Source: Gammaproteobacteria bacterium
GTDB taxonomy: Bacteria > Pseudomonadota > Gammaproteobacteria > Eutrophobiales > Eutrophobiaceae
Assembly: GCA_965221695.1 (NCBI GenBank)
Contig: OZ244905.1
Coordinates: 352,001 to 416,000, forward strand
Direction: 5' to 3'
DNA length: 64,000 nucleotides
Part shown: positions 1 to 12,763 of the stretch, one piece after another
Layout: every line of letters starts with the position of its first letter
Numbering within the stretch: the first letter of the stretch is position 1
The notes under the pieces: model-generated
What the model was told of the DNA's origin: nothing
Seen by the model: the letters and a program-made list of their open reading frames with translations, nothing else
Database searches by the model: none
Translations under genes and position numbers: made by a program

Positions 1-1
1 G

Positions 2-2902
2 GAAAAACAGATGGAACGCCTGCAACGCCAGGCCAAGGCAGCAGAACGCTTCAAATTGCTGAAGGAGGAAGAACGCCAGTTCAAATCTGAATTATTGGCG
101 CTGGAGTGGAGGGAGTTGTCCGAGCAGGCGGAGGAAAAAAATAAGACTGTCAGCTTCCATGAAACCCGGGTAGAGGAGGGGCTGGCCAGGCTGCGCGGGG
201 TGGAGGCGGATATTGAAATACAAAGGGATGACTATACTGCGGCAAATGAAACTTTCAACAAGACCCAGGCCGACTTTTATCAGGTCGGTAGTGACATATC
301 TCACACAGAACAACGGATTAGCCATGTCCAGGAGCGTATCAATACGCTGAGGTCGGAAATGCGCAAATCAAGCGAGGATGAACAGACATTGCAACAGCAG
401 CTTGCAGAGGATAACAAAGATTTGGATCAGGCCATAAATCAATCACGATCACTGGAGCCGAGCCTGAAGACTGCGAAAACAGCAAGTGAAAACGCCTATC
501 ACAAGCTGCGTCAGGCAGAGGATTCCTGGCAGAGACTGCAGGCAGAGTGGGATGAGTTGAACCGATCCGCCTCAGGAATCGATAAGCGCATCGAGGTTAA
601 TACGGCTCGTAATGAGTTACTGCTATCCGGCGTGACCACCCTGGAACAGCAGATGAAGAGTCTGAGGGAAGAATCAGACGCCCTTGCTCCGCTCTCAATG
701 GAAGGAGAAATAGCGCAATTGTCTGCAGCCAGCTCGGAGAGCGAAAAGCTGCTGGATTTGGATAAGCAGGAATTCAGCGAGACGGCCAATGATCTGCAAC
801 ATTTTCGCGCCGAGTTAACGCGCATCAATGCGCATATCCTGGATTTGCGCACGACTTGCCAAAAGCGCGAGAGCAGAATCGCCTACCTGGAAACGTTGCG
901 GCAGGAGGATGACAGTGAGCCTCTGGAACAATGGTTGAACTCCCTGGGACTAGCTGATGCCAATCGGTTGATTGACCAGCTCAGCGTTGAACCGGGCTGG
1001 GAAGCCGCGCTTGAGGCTGTTGCCGGTCAGCGGTTGCAGGATCTCAGCGTCGCCGACCTGCATGCTCCGGGTGGCGCGGCGCAAGCGCTGGATGCCGGTA
1101 GAACCGGTCTGTTGCTCGATAATGCCGGCAATATCGCCTATACGCCCAGAAACTGGCCGCGACTTGTTGACAAGCTCTCCTCTGAGGTTCCGCTGGACGC
1201 GCTGCTGAACAGGATCTACCTGGCGGAAAATGTGGAACAGGCCCGGGAAATCTGCAAGGAATTGGATGAAACCGAATCGGTGGTCACAAGAGACGCGGTT
1301 TGGATGAACAACTATTGGATGAGAATTTATCGAACCGCAACGGATGACCCGGGGCCGCTGGCGCGGGAACAGGAGCTATCCGCTCTGAAAGATGCCAGAG
1401 AGAAGCTTGAAAATGAAATCAGCCTGTTGGAGGACAGCGCGGTGGAACATAACGGGCTTATCGATCAGGCGGAACAACGCGCAAACCTATTGCTGGAGCA
1501 GTTGAATAACAGGCAGGAAGCTTCGGCGGCAACCAGGGAGCAATTTACGGAATTAAGGACCCGATTCGCGCAGGCTCAGGACAGACAACGCCAAATTCAA
1601 CAAGAACTGCAGAAACTGTCCCAGCAAGCAGAACAAGACCAGGCCGAGATAACAGGGCTCTACGCGCAGTTGCAGCAGGACGACGGCGCCAAGCGGGAAT
1701 TATCGGCAAAACGGGAACGCCTTGAAGCGAAGAGAGCTAATCAAGACAACCTGTTGGCCGAGACCCGCGCGCGCTGGCGTGAGGCAAATGACGAAAGCCA
1801 TTCGCTTGCGCTGCGGCTGGAGGCGGCCAGGGCGAAAAAAACATCTGTCGAACACTCGATCAAGCGCTGTGAAGCACAGCTTTCGGCAACCCGGGAGCGT
1901 ATGCGCGAACTTGAAACCACAGAAGACTCGCAGCATAAACCGATGAATGAACTGCGTGAATCCCTGGACCGCAAACTGTCAGATAAACTTGCGTTGGAGA
2001 CAGCGTTGAGCGCGGCCAGAGAAAGCGTTCTGCATCAGGAGAAACTGTTCAGAGACAAAGAGCAGACTCGGGCAGAGTGTGAACTGGCATTACAGGAACT
2101 GCGCGCGGACCTGGAGCAGGCCCGAATCCAGCGCCAGGAAATCATTGTCAGAGTACAGACGCTGGAGGAACGACTGGAGGCTGCGGGACAGACTCCGGCG
2201 GCATTGTTGAACGGACTGGATGAACAGGCTGACAAGCAGTTGTGGCAGAAAAAGATCGATGCTGTTGAAAACCGGATACAAGGTCTGGGCGCCATAAACC
2301 TGGCGGCAATCGATGAATTCGAGCAGATCAGCGAGCGTAAAAACTATCTTGATAGTCAATACACTGATTTAAACACTGCACTGGAGACCCTTGAAAGCGC
2401 TATTCATAAAATTGACAAGGAGACGCGTTCCCGTTTCAAGGATACATTTAACCGGTTGAACGCGAACCTGAAAGAGAATTTTCCCTTGTTGTTTGGCGGC
2501 GGCCATGCCTACCTGGAAATGACCGCCCCGGATTTGCTGGAGACCGGTGTCACCATCATGGCCAGACCTCCTGGCAAGAAGAACAGCAACATCCATCTCT
2601 TATCAGGCGGGGAAAAAGCCCTGACTGCAGTAGCGTTGGTATTTTCCATCTTCAAGCTGAATCCAGCGCCGTTTTGTATTCTGGACGAGGTCGATGCGCC
2701 GCTTGACGATAATAACGTAAGAAGGTTCAGTGACATGGTGCAAACAATGTCGAAAGATGTGCAATTCATTATCATTACCCATAACAAGATTACCATGGAG
2801 ATTACCCGCCAGTTGCTAGGTGTGACCATGCATGAAGCTGGCGTATCCCGATTGGTTTCGGTTGATATCGATGAAGCGGTGGAAATGGCTGCTTCCGCAT
2901 AA
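2..2902 (+). CDS. smc: Chromosome segregation protein SMC (5'-truncated by window edge)
   Basis: Long coiled coil and hinge; C-terminal head motifs GAINLAAIDEF, LSGGEKAL (ABC signature), LDEVDAPLD (Walker B), IIITH. The frame is open to the window start. Confidence 0.97.
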   Translation, partial: EKQMERLQRQAKAAERFKLLKEEERQFKSELLALEWRELSEQAEEKNKTVSFHETRVEEGLARLRGVEADIEIQRDDYTAANETFNKTQADFYQVGSDISHTEQRISHVQERINTLRSEMRKSSEDEQTLQQQLAEDNKDLDQAINQSRSLEPSLKTAKTASENAYHKLRQAEDSWQRLQAEWDELNRSASGIDKRIEVNTARNELLLSGVTTLEQQMKSLREESDALAPLSMEGEIAQLSAASSESEKLLDLDKQEFSETANDLQHFRAELTRINAHILDLRTTCQKRESRIAYLETLRQEDDSEPLEQWLNSLGLADANRLIDQLSVEPGWEAALEAVAGQRLQDLSVADLHAPGGAAQALDAGRTGLLLDNAGNIAYTPRNWPRLVDKLSSEVPLDALLNRIYLAENVEQAREICKELDETESVVTRDAVWMNNYWMRIYRTATDDPGPLAREQELSALKDAREKLENEISLLEDSAVEHNGLIDQAEQRANLLLEQLNNRQEASAATREQFTELRTRFAQAQDRQRQIQQELQKLSQQAEQDQAEITGLYAQLQQDDGAKRELSAKRERLEAKRANQDNLLAETRARWREANDESHSLALRLEAARAKKTSVEHSIKRCEAQLSATRERMRELETTEDSQHKPMNELRESLDRKLSDKLALETALSAARESVLHQEKLFRDKEQTRAECELALQELRADLEQARIQRQEIIVRVQTLEERLEAAGQTPAALLNGLDEQADKQLWQKKIDAVENRIQGLGAINLAAIDEFEQISERKNYLDSQYTDLNTALETLESAIHKIDKETRSRFKDTFNRLNANLKENFPLLFGGGHAYLEMTAPDLLETGVTIMARPPGKKNSNIHLLSGGEKALTAVALVFSIFKLNPAPFCILDEVDAPLDDNNVRRFSDMVQTMSKDVQFIIITHNKITMEITRQLLGVTMHEAGVSRLVSVDIDEAVEMAASA

Positions 2903-4942
<2,040 letters not shown>

Positions 4943-4964
4943 TCGAGGGCGCGCCGTTGATTTA

Positions 4965-6548
4965 CTAATCCGGCGCAAGCGCGATATTGCGGCCCCGCGA
5001 GGATGGATGGGCGGTCGGATAGTCAAGAGAATAATGCAAGCCCCGGCTCTCTTTACGACGCAGAGCCGACTCGATAATAAGCTTTGCTGTCAGGGACAGG
5101 TTGCGCAATTCTATCAGGTCGTTATTGATGCGAAAATTGCCGTAATATTCATAGATCTCATCCTGGAGCAGATTGATCCGATGTTTGGCTCGTTGCAAAC
5201 GTTTGTTGGTGCGCACAATACCGACATAGTCCCACATGAAACGGCGTAGCTCATCCCAATTGTGGGATACGACAACTTCCTCATCCGAATCAGTCACCTG
5301 GCTTTCATCCCATTCCGGCAGCGCAGTGAGACGGGTTGACCGATCAAGCTGGTGGCGAATATCCTTGTAAGCGGCATGGGCAAACACCACACATTCCAAC
5401 AAGGAGTTGCTTGCCATACGGTTTGCGCCGTGGAGCCCTGAACAGGACACTTCGCCGATCGCGTACAGCGCTTTGATATCGGCGCGGCCGTTTTTATCAA
5501 TCACTATACCGCCACAAGTGTAGTGCGCGGCAGGCACCACCGGCACGGGCTCCCTGGTGAGGTCGAAACCGTACTGAACACAACGGGCATGTATCGTCGG
5601 AAAATGGTCGATAATGAAATCCTTGTCCCGGTGGCTGATATCGAGATAGACGCATTCGCTGCCCAGGCGTTTCATCTCATGGTCGATCGCCCGCGCCACG
5701 ATATCTCGGGGCGCCAGTTCGCCTCGCGGGTCGAATTTTTCCATGAAGCGGGAGCCGTCCGGCAGCAACAGCTTTGCCCCCTCGCCGCGCAACGCCTCAG
5801 AGATCAAAAATGATTTTGCCTGCTCGTGATACAAACAGGTGGGATGAAACTGGACAAACTCCATGTTGGCAATCCTGCAGCCCGCGCGCCAGGCCATGGC
5901 AATGCCATCGCCGGTGCAGATATCCGGGTTGCTGGTATACAGGTAAACCTTGCCGGCGCCGCCTGTGGCCAGCACGGTAAATCTGGACCTGAACACCTTA
6001 ACCCGGTCCTGTTTCTGGTCATAGACGTAAGCCCCGGCACATCGACCGTCTTTGACGATAAGATCAAGACTGGTATGGAATTCAAACAGCTCAATGTTTT
6101 CATGCGCGCGCGCGCAATACTCAAGCACGTTTTCGATTGCTTTGCCGGTTGAGTCTGCCGCATGCAGGACGCGCCGGTGACTGTGGCCGCCTTCCTGGTG
6201 CAGGTGAAACTCCTGTCCGCCAGCATCAGGAAAACGGGTGAAATTGACACCCAGATCAACCAGCCAGCTAACGCTGTTTCTGCCGTTTTCCACGACAAAC
6301 CTGACCACATCCGGATCGCATAATCCACACCCTGTCTCGATAGTATCGTTGATATGAGACTCGACTGAATCCCGCTCGTGCAGAACAGCCGATACGCCTC
6401 CTTGGGCATAAAATGTCGCTCCCTCTTTCAGGTCTGCTTTGGAGACTACCGCGACATGGGCATGCGCGGCAAGTTGCAGCGCCAGGCTTAAGCCGGACGC
6501 GCCGCTGCCGATTATCAACACATCTGACTGTCGCTGGTCGTTACTCAT
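4965..6548 (-). CDS. nadB: L-aspartate oxidase
   Basis: IIGSGASGL FAD motif, EGGHSHRR, QFHPT, GLHGANRMASNSLLE; divergent from rpoE. Start placed at MSNDQ (6548). Confidence 0.96.
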   Translation of the reverse strand: MSNDQRQSDVLIIGSGASGLSLALQLAAHAHVAVVSKADLKEGATFYAQGGVSAVLHERDSVESHINDTIETGCGLCDPDVVRFVVENGRNSVSWLVDLGVNFTRFPDAGGQEFHLHQEGGHSHRRVLHAADSTGKAIENVLEYCARAHENIELFEFHTSLDLIVKDGRCAGAYVYDQKQDRVKVFRSRFTVLATGGAGKVYLYTSNPDICTGDGIAMAWRAGCRIANMEFVQFHPTCLYHEQAKSFLISEALRGEGAKLLLPDGSRFMEKFDPRGELAPRDIVARAIDHEMKRLGSECVYLDISHRDKDFIIDHFPTIHARCVQYGFDLTREPVPVVPAAHYTCGGIVIDKNGRADIKALYAIGEVSCSGLHGANRMASNSLLECVVFAHAAYKDIRHQLDRSTRLTALPEWDESQVTDSDEEVVVSHNWDELRRFMWDYVGIVRTNKRLQRAKHRINLLQDEIYEYYGNFRINNDLIELRNLSLTAKLIIESALRRKESRGLHYSLDYPTAHPSSRGRNIALAPD

Positions 6549-6667
6549 ACACGTGCAATATACGGGTTGGCACAATATAATAGATGATAAAGCAAGCTCT
6601 GCTTATCTGAAAGGCAAACAAATCAATATTATTTCCCGGAATTTCTTAGTATCCGGCAACTGGCGCG

Positions 6668-7246
6668 ATGGCTGATAATACATCTGACGAAATACTCGTA
6701 GAACGGGTACAGCATGGAGACAAAAAAGCGTTTGACGCGCTCGTATTGAAGTATCAGGGCAGGATCTTGAACCTGATATCCCGTTTTGTACAAGACCCTA
6801 GCGATGCCAGCGATGTGGCTCAGGAAACGTTTATCAGGGCCTATCGCGCCTTGCCTAAGTTTCGTGGCGAGAGCGCATTTTATACCTGGATCTACCGTAT
6901 CGCGGTGAATACGGCAAAAAATTTTCTGACTGCGGGCGGACGCCAGCCCTTCGAAACGAGAGCGGATTTTGACGAAATGGAACAAATCAGCCAGAGCGAC
7001 ACTCTAAAGGATCAAACAACTCCTGAGAGCCTGGCTCTTACTCAAGAACTTCAGGAGACCATAATGCGGGCAATCGAAGCATTGCCCGCTGATCTGCGTT
7101 CGGCGATTGTCTTACGTGAAATAGATGGATTAAGCTATCAGGAAATTGCAGGGGTAATGGAGTGTCCCGTTGGGACGGTGCGCTCACGCATTTTTCGCGC
7201 CAGGGAAGCAGTAGACAAAGAATTGAAACCCTTACTCATTGATTGA
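6668..7246 (+). CDS. rpoE: ECF sigma factor RpoE/AlgU
   Basis: DVAQETFIRAYRALPKFRGESAFYTWIYRIAVNTAKN, CPVGTVRSRIFRAREA. Confidence 0.97.
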   Translation: MADNTSDEILVERVQHGDKKAFDALVLKYQGRILNLISRFVQDPSDASDVAQETFIRAYRALPKFRGESAFYTWIYRIAVNTAKNFLTAGGRQPFETRADFDEMEQISQSDTLKDQTTPESLALTQELQETIMRAIEALPADLRSAIVLREIDGLSYQEIAGVMECPVGTVRSRIFRAREAVDKELKPLLID

Positions 7247-7250
7247 TTTT

Positions 7251-7808
7251 ATGAACGAAGCAAAGAAAGAACTTGTGTCTGCTTTCATGGACGATGAAAT
7301 CGACAGTTTGCAAAATAATCAGGTCGAGCAGATACTGAACGACCCCGAACTGATGGGCGCCTGGTCCCGTTATCATTTGATTTCAGACTGTCTCAAGCGT
7401 CACCTTCCCGAACATCAGGACAGGAAGCTTGCCGGCAGAGTTTCCAGGTCGACGGCACAGGAGCCTTCCATTGTCGCCCCAGGCCGTTTATCCCATTCCC
7501 TGATAAAACCCGCCGCCGGATTTGCCATAGCCGCTTCGGTTGCCGCGTTGGCCATATTAGGCATCCAACAGCAACAGCTTGGCTCTTCTTATGTGTTGCC
7601 GCAGGATGCACCGTCACAAGCCGCGCCTGGACCCAACATTAATGGCAGCGTCTATGCGCCGGCGCTCAAGGTAAGCGCGGGCGGTGGTAAACGCATGGCT
7701 GAATGTGAAAACCGTCCAGTAGAGAACGCGCGTTCGGAAGCTGACAGCAGGCAGCAGCGGGTCGAAAATAAGGCCCCTGATGCGCAATCCAGGATAAATT
7801 GTCCATGA
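7251..7808 (+). CDS. rseA: Anti-sigma-E factor RseA/MucA
   Basis: N-terminal ELVSAFMDDE..WSRYHLISD, one TM segment (FAIAASVAALAILG), directly after rpoE. Confidence 0.88.
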   Translation: MNEAKKELVSAFMDDEIDSLQNNQVEQILNDPELMGAWSRYHLISDCLKRHLPEHQDRKLAGRVSRSTAQEPSIVAPGRLSHSLIKPAAGFAIAASVAALAILGIQQQQLGSSYVLPQDAPSQAAPGPNINGSVYAPALKVSAGGGKRMAECENRPVENARSEADSRQQRVENKAPDAQSRINCP

Positions 7809-9235
7809 TTGCAACAAAATCCAGTTATATATTCGCGCTGGTCCTGTCTTGTGTTGCCGGAATGGCGGGCGCCGCCACACTACCTGACTTTACCGTCATG
7901 GTCCGGGAGAACTCGGCCGCGGTCGTGAATATCAGCACGACTATCAGAACAGACAATCCACAAGCGCACGGCAGATCGTATATTCCCGATGTGCCTGAGG
8001 ACAGCCCGTTTTATGACTTTTTCCGCAAGTTTTTTGAAGATCAGGCGCCTGACCAGCGCGGGATGCCCAAAAGAGCTGCCTCACTCGGGTCCGGCTTCAT
8101 TATTTCGACCGATGGCTACGTCATCACCAATAACCATGTGGTCGCCGATGCGGATGAAATCGTCGTCAAGTTGAACGACCGCAGGGAGTTTATCGCCGAG
8201 ATGATAGGCGCCGACAAGCGCAGCGATGTGGCCTTGTTAAAGATCGACGGTAATGACTTGCCCGCGGTCAGATTGGGCAGCTCCGCTGATCTGAAAGTCG
8301 GAGAGTGGGTGCTGGCAATAGGCTCGCCGTTTGGGTTTGACTACTCGGTCACACAGGGAATCGTCAGCGCAATCGGGAGAAGTCTGCCCAATGAAAATTA
8401 TATTCCCTTTATCCAGACCGATGTCGCGATCAATCCCGGTAATTCCGGCGGCCCTTTGTTTAACCTCGATGGCGAAGTCATCGGGGTTAATTCACAGATA
8501 TACAGCCGCACCGGCGGATTTATGGGACTGTCGTTCGCCGTACCTGTCGATGTCGTCTTCAACGTCTATCAGCAGTTGCGGGAAAGCGGCTATGTCAGCC
8601 GAGGCTGGCTCGGTGTGTTGATACAGGACGTGACCCGGGAATTGGCTGAATCATTTGCCATGGACAAACCCCATGGCGCCCTGGTGGCAAAAGTACTGAC
8701 CGACAGCCCCGCAGCGGATGCCGGAATTGAAGTGGGCGATATTATTGTCGGGTACGATGGGGTGGAGATTGCTTTTTCATCCGACCTGCCGCCGCTGGTC
8801 GGTAACAGCAGGATTAATGCCAATGCGACGCTGGAAATCATTCGGGGAGGAAAACGAAAAAAGCTGAAAGTCCTGATTGCCGAACTCCCTGAAGAAGACA
8901 CTCTGGCCGGCGCCGGTAATGCCGAGTCTGAAACAATGCCCGCCAACGACATGAAGATCGTGGTGCGGGAACTTACTGCGACGCAGAGAAAACGTTTGGA
9001 ACTGCCTGAGGGTGGGGTGATAGTGGAAGAAGTCATGGAGGGGCCAGGCAGCGAGGCGGGAATTCGCAAAGGCGATGTGTTGCTTATGATGAATAACCAG
9101 GAAGTGGAAAGCGTCGCCCAGTTTGAGGAGCTTCTCACCGAATTGCCACGCGAACGCCCAATACCCCTGTTGATCCAACGCCGCGGCGCCCCAACCTTCC
9201 TGGCCTTCAAACTGGCTGGCGACGATAAAGAATAA
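7805..9235 (+). CDS. HtrA-family periplasmic serine protease (DegP/DegQ/MucD)
   Basis: Signal peptide, TNNHVV, QTDVAINPGNSGGPL, two PDZ domains; ATGA overlap with the rseA stop. Confidence 0.95.
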   Translation: MIATKSSYIFALVLSCVAGMAGAATLPDFTVMVRENSAAVVNISTTIRTDNPQAHGRSYIPDVPEDSPFYDFFRKFFEDQAPDQRGMPKRAASLGSGFIISTDGYVITNNHVVADADEIVVKLNDRREFIAEMIGADKRSDVALLKIDGNDLPAVRLGSSADLKVGEWVLAIGSPFGFDYSVTQGIVSAIGRSLPNENYIPFIQTDVAINPGNSGGPLFNLDGEVIGVNSQIYSRTGGFMGLSFAVPVDVVFNVYQQLRESGYVSRGWLGVLIQDVTRELAESFAMDKPHGALVAKVLTDSPAADAGIEVGDIIVGYDGVEIAFSSDLPPLVGNSRINANATLEIIRGGKRKKLKVLIAELPEEDTLAGAGNAESETMPANDMKIVVRELTATQRKRLELPEGGVIVEEVMEGPGSEAGIRKGDVLLMMNNQEVESVAQFEELLTELPRERPIPLLIQRRGAPTFLAFKLAGDDKE

Positions 9236-9240
9236 TACAA

Positions 9241-9267
9241 GGAAACTCTGACTTAATCAGAGGCTCC
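9241..9267. repeat. Minimal palindromic repeat (family A)
   Basis: GGAAACTCTGA-CTTAA-TCAGAGGCTCC, just after the protease stop codon. Confidence 0.85.
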
Positions 9268-9332
9268 CTGGATAAGCAGAATTGGTTTCACTGATTTCCG
9301 CTTCTTCTCGGCCAATTGGATGAGACTCTGGC

Positions 9333-9377
9333 GCACAAGCGCTTGTGCTTGCCTCTGTTGGAGAGCTGTGTTATTTT
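9333..9377 (+). promoter_or_regulatory. Candidate lepA promoter with a perfect palindrome next to the -35
   Basis: GCACAAGCGCTTGTGC (9333-9348), then TTGCCT-N17-TATTTT with a TG extension. Confidence 0.35.
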
Positions 9378-9451
9378 GCTAATCGTATTTGCTGAACACC
9401 CTGCAATAGCGTCAATTCACTCTTTTGGAAACAACCCCCGATTTAGCCCCC

Positions 9452-11248
9452 ATGGAGCGGATCAGAAACTTTTCTATCATCGCGCATATTGACCACGGCA
9501 AATCCACCCTCGCAGATAGGTTCATCCAGACCTGTGGCGGTCTGAGTGAGCGGGAAATGTCCGCGCAGGTGTTGGATTCCATGGACCTTGAGAAGGAACG
9601 CGGGATCACCATCAAATCTCAAAGCGTGCGCCTGAATTATTCGCACCATGACGGCAATGTGTACCAGTTCAATATAATTGATACGCCCGGTCATGTCGAT
9701 TTCAGCTATGAGGTTTCCCGTTCCCTGTCTGCTTGCGAAGGCGCGCTGCTGGTTGTGGATTGTTCCCAGAGTGTTGAGGCACAAACGGTGGCCAATTGTT
9801 TCTCAGCCATTGATAACGGCCTCGAAGTCCTACCGGTGTTGAACAAGATCGACCTGCCGGCGGCAGACCCGGACAAGGTCATGCTGGACATAGAGGAATT
9901 GATCGGGATCGATGCAAAAGACGCCGTTAAAGTCAGCGCCAAGACCGGATACGGACTAGACGCCTTGCTCAGCGCAATTATCGATCGCATACCCCCTCCT
10001 GCGGGCGATCCGGATGCCCCGTTGACGGCCTTGATCATCGATTCCTGGTTTGACAATTATCTTGGAGTCGTTTCCCTGACGCGCGTTATCGCAGGCAGTC
10101 TGGGCGTAGGAGACCGGATCAGAATATTCTCAACCGGGCAGGATTACGTGGTTGACGCAGTCGGCGCATTCACTCCCAAAAGAACACCGGCAAACAGACT
10201 TGCCACCGGTGAGGTCGGCTATGTAGTCGCAGGAATAAAGGAAATCCTGGGGGCGCCGGTCGGAGACACCATTACCTTGAGCAAACGCCCTGCAGCGCGG
10301 CCGCTGCCAGGCTTCCAAGCTGCCAAGCCGCGCGTGTTTGCCGGTATGTTTCCCATCGATTCCGGTGATTTTGAAGACTTCCGCGAGGCGCTTGCCAAAC
10401 TGAAGTTGAATGACGCCGCGCTCTATTTCGAGCCTGAAACCTCCCAGGCCCTGGGATTCGGCTTCCGTTGCGGGTTCCTCGGCATGTTGCACATGGAGAT
10501 TGTCCAGGAACGGCTTGAACGCGAGTATAATATGAATCTGATCATCACGGCTCCCACGGTAGTGTATGAAGTCGATACCACTTCCGGCTCAAGAGTATAT
10601 CTGGACAATCCGGCAGACCTGCCGGGAGCGGACAAGTTGGCCGTGATACGGGAACCCATCGTTCAGGCTGATATACTGACGCCGCAGCAGTACCTGGGCA
10701 ATGTCATTTCCCTTTGTATCGAGAAAAGAGGGCAGCAGAAAAAATTGCACTATGCAGGGCGTCAGGTAGCTATTTCGTTTGAATTGCCACTGAGTGAGAT
10801 TGTCGTGGATTTTTTTGACAGGTTAAAATCGGTCAGCAAAGGTTATGCATCCTTTGATTATCATTTTGCGCGCTATCAGGAAGCGCCTCTGGTCAAACTG
10901 GATGTGTTGATCAATGGCGACAAGGTTGATGCCTTGTCCTGTATCGTGCATAGGGATCTTGCGCAACGACGCGGGCGGGAGTTAGCGGCCAGAATGAAAC
11001 AACTTGTGCCAAGGCAGATGTATGAGGTGGCCATACAAGCGGCTATTGGCTCTAAAATTATTGCCAGAGAGTCTGTCAAAGCCTTGCGCAAGAATGTAAC
11101 AGCCAAGTGCTATGGCGGTGATGTCACGCGCAAGAGAAAATTGCTTGAGAAACAAAAAGCCGGAAAAAAAAGAATGAAGCAATTGGGTTCTGTGGAGATC
11201 CCGCAATCCGCATTCATGGCCATTCTGCAGGTGCGGGGAGAACAATGA
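9452..11248 (+). CDS. lepA: Elongation factor 4
   Basis: [46 protein letters not shown]. Confidence 0.98.
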   Translation: MERIRNFSIIAHIDHGKSTLADRFIQTCGGLSEREMSAQVLDSMDLEKERGITIKSQSVRLNYSHHDGNVYQFNIIDTPGHVDFSYEVSRSLSACEGALLVVDCSQSVEAQTVANCFSAIDNGLEVLPVLNKIDLPAADPDKVMLDIEELIGIDAKDAVKVSAKTGYGLDALLSAIIDRIPPPAGDPDAPLTALIIDSWFDNYLGVVSLTRVIAGSLGVGDRIRIFSTGQDYVVDAVGAFTPKRTPANRLATGEVGYVVAGIKEILGAPVGDTITLSKRPAARPLPGFQAAKPRVFAGMFPIDSGDFEDFREALAKLKLNDAALYFEPETSQALGFGFRCGFLGMLHMEIVQERLEREYNMNLIITAPTVVYEVDTTSGSRVYLDNPADLPGADKLAVIREPIVQADILTPQQYLGNVISLCIEKRGQQKKLHYAGRQVAISFELPLSEIVVDFFDRLKSVSKGYASFDYHFARYQEAPLVKLDVLINGDKVDALSCIVHRDLAQRRGRELAARMKQLVPRQMYEVAIQAAIGSKIIARESVKALRKNVTAKCYGGDVTRKRKLLEKQKAGKKRMKQLGSVEIPQSAFMAILQVRGEQ

Positions 11249-12048
11249 CCTTTGATTTTGCCGCTTTGCTGGTATTACTAACCGCCGTCAGCGGTATTAT
11301 CTGGGCCATAGACGCGCTGTATTTTGCCCGCCAGAGGCAATCTTCCTCTGGCGCGGGCCGTACTGAACCGCTGATCGTCGATTATGCCCGATCACTATTT
11401 CCCGTTTTTCTCATCGTTTTGATCCTGCGTTCCTTTATTGTCGAACCCTTCCGCATTCCATCCGCATCCATGATGCCGACATTGTTGCGAGGTGATTTCA
11501 TCCTGGTCAATAAGTACAATTATGGTATCCGTCTGCCGGCTTTGAACACCAAGGTGTACGGCAATGGACAGCCCAAACGGGGAGATGTTATCGTGTTTCG
11601 TTATCCAGAGGACCCGACAGTGCCCTTTATCAAGCGGGTAGTGGGTGTGCCGGGCGATCGTCTGCAGTACAAAGACAAACAACTGATCATAAACGGCGCG
11701 CTAATCGAACTTGACTTCAAAGAGGTTTACCACAGCAATGGAGTAGGCAGTAGAGAGAACGGTTCCTATCTCATGGAAGAACAACTGGGTGAGATTAGAC
11801 ACGATTTACTGATTAACCCACTACAACCATCAGCGATGGAGATAGATCTGAAAATACCGGAGGGGCATTATTTTGTGCTCGGGGACAACCGTGACAATAG
11901 CAGAGACAGTCGCTACTGGGGGTTGGTGCCGGACGAAAATCTCGTGGGCAGAGCTTTTTATATTTGGATGAATTGGAGCAGCGACGGCATCCTCGACTTA
12001 GGCAGTTGGGATATGGATTGGGAGCGTATCGGGTCTGCGATAGAGTAA
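11245..12048 (+). CDS. lepB: Signal peptidase I
   Basis: [14 protein letters not shown] (Ser), FIKRVVG (Lys), [14 protein letters not shown]. Confidence 0.97.
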   Translation: MTFDFAALLVLLTAVSGIIWAIDALYFARQRQSSSGAGRTEPLIVDYARSLFPVFLIVLILRSFIVEPFRIPSASMMPTLLRGDFILVNKYNYGIRLPALNTKVYGNGQPKRGDVIVFRYPEDPTVPFIKRVVGVPGDRLQYKDKQLIINGALIELDFKEVYHSNGVGSRENGSYLMEEQLGEIRHDLLINPLQPSAMEIDLKIPEGHYFVLGDNRDNSRDSRYWGLVPDENLVGRAFYIWMNWSSDGILDLGSWDMDWERIGSAIE

Positions 12049-12061
12049 CCCGCCAACCCTA

Positions 12062-12763
12062 ATGACACACGCTGAGTTGGATACAGATTTGCACCGGCAT
12101 ATCAGCAATGTCCTGGGATATAGTTTTCACGATGCTGAGTTGCTTAACCGGGCATTGACACACCGCAGTTTCAGCAGGAATCACAATGAAAGGTTTGAAT
12201 TTCTTGGCGATGCGCTGCTCGGGATGTTCATTGCCGATGTATTGTTTGTCAAATTTCCCGAGGCTGCTGAAAACGAGCTGACCCGTTTGCGCGCATCCCT
12301 GGTCAATAAGGAAACCCTTGCGCGTCTCGCGCGAGAACTGGATCTTGGCAGGTATATCAAATTTGGCATCGGCGAACAGAAAAGCAGGGGTTGGCAAAAA
12401 AAATCGCTTCTTTCCAACGCCATGGAGGCATTAGTCGGAGCCGTTTACCTGGATTCCGACCTGGAAAACTGCCGCCAGTTTATCCGGATATTGTATGCTC
12501 GCTTGCTGGATGACTTGAGCGCAGAGAATATACCGAAAGATCCGAAATCCAAATTACAGGAATACCTGCAAGCCAATAAACAAACGTTGCCGGCCTATCA
12601 GGTCATTGCAGAGGAAGGTGACCCGCACAGTAAGATGTTTACCATCGAATGCTGTATCGACAACTTTGCCGGGCCGATAGTGGGAAAAGGCCGAAACAAG
12701 CGGGATGCGGAACAGGCGGCGGCAGAGGCGGCGTTGAAAATAATAGCTCCTGATGCGGGTTAA
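12062..12763 (+). CDS. rnc: Ribonuclease III
   Basis: HNERFEFLGDA signature, C-terminal dsRBD. Confidence 0.97.
   Translation: MTHAELDTDLHRHISNVLGYSFHDAELLNRALTHRSFSRNHNERFEFLGDALLGMFIADVLFVKFPEAAENELTRLRASLVNKETLARLARELDLGRYIKFGIGEQKSRGWQKKSLLSNAMEALVGAVYLDSDLENCRQFIRILYARLLDDLSAENIPKDPKSKLQEYLQANKQTLPAYQVIAEEGDPHSKMFTIECCIDNFAGPIVGKGRNKRDAEQAAAEAALKIIAPDAG

Noticed and set aside
6549-6667. Sigma-E autoregulatory promoter upstream of rpoE
   Set aside because: GGAATTT and TCTGA are present but not in the order and spacing of GGAACTT-N16-TCAAA/TCTGA
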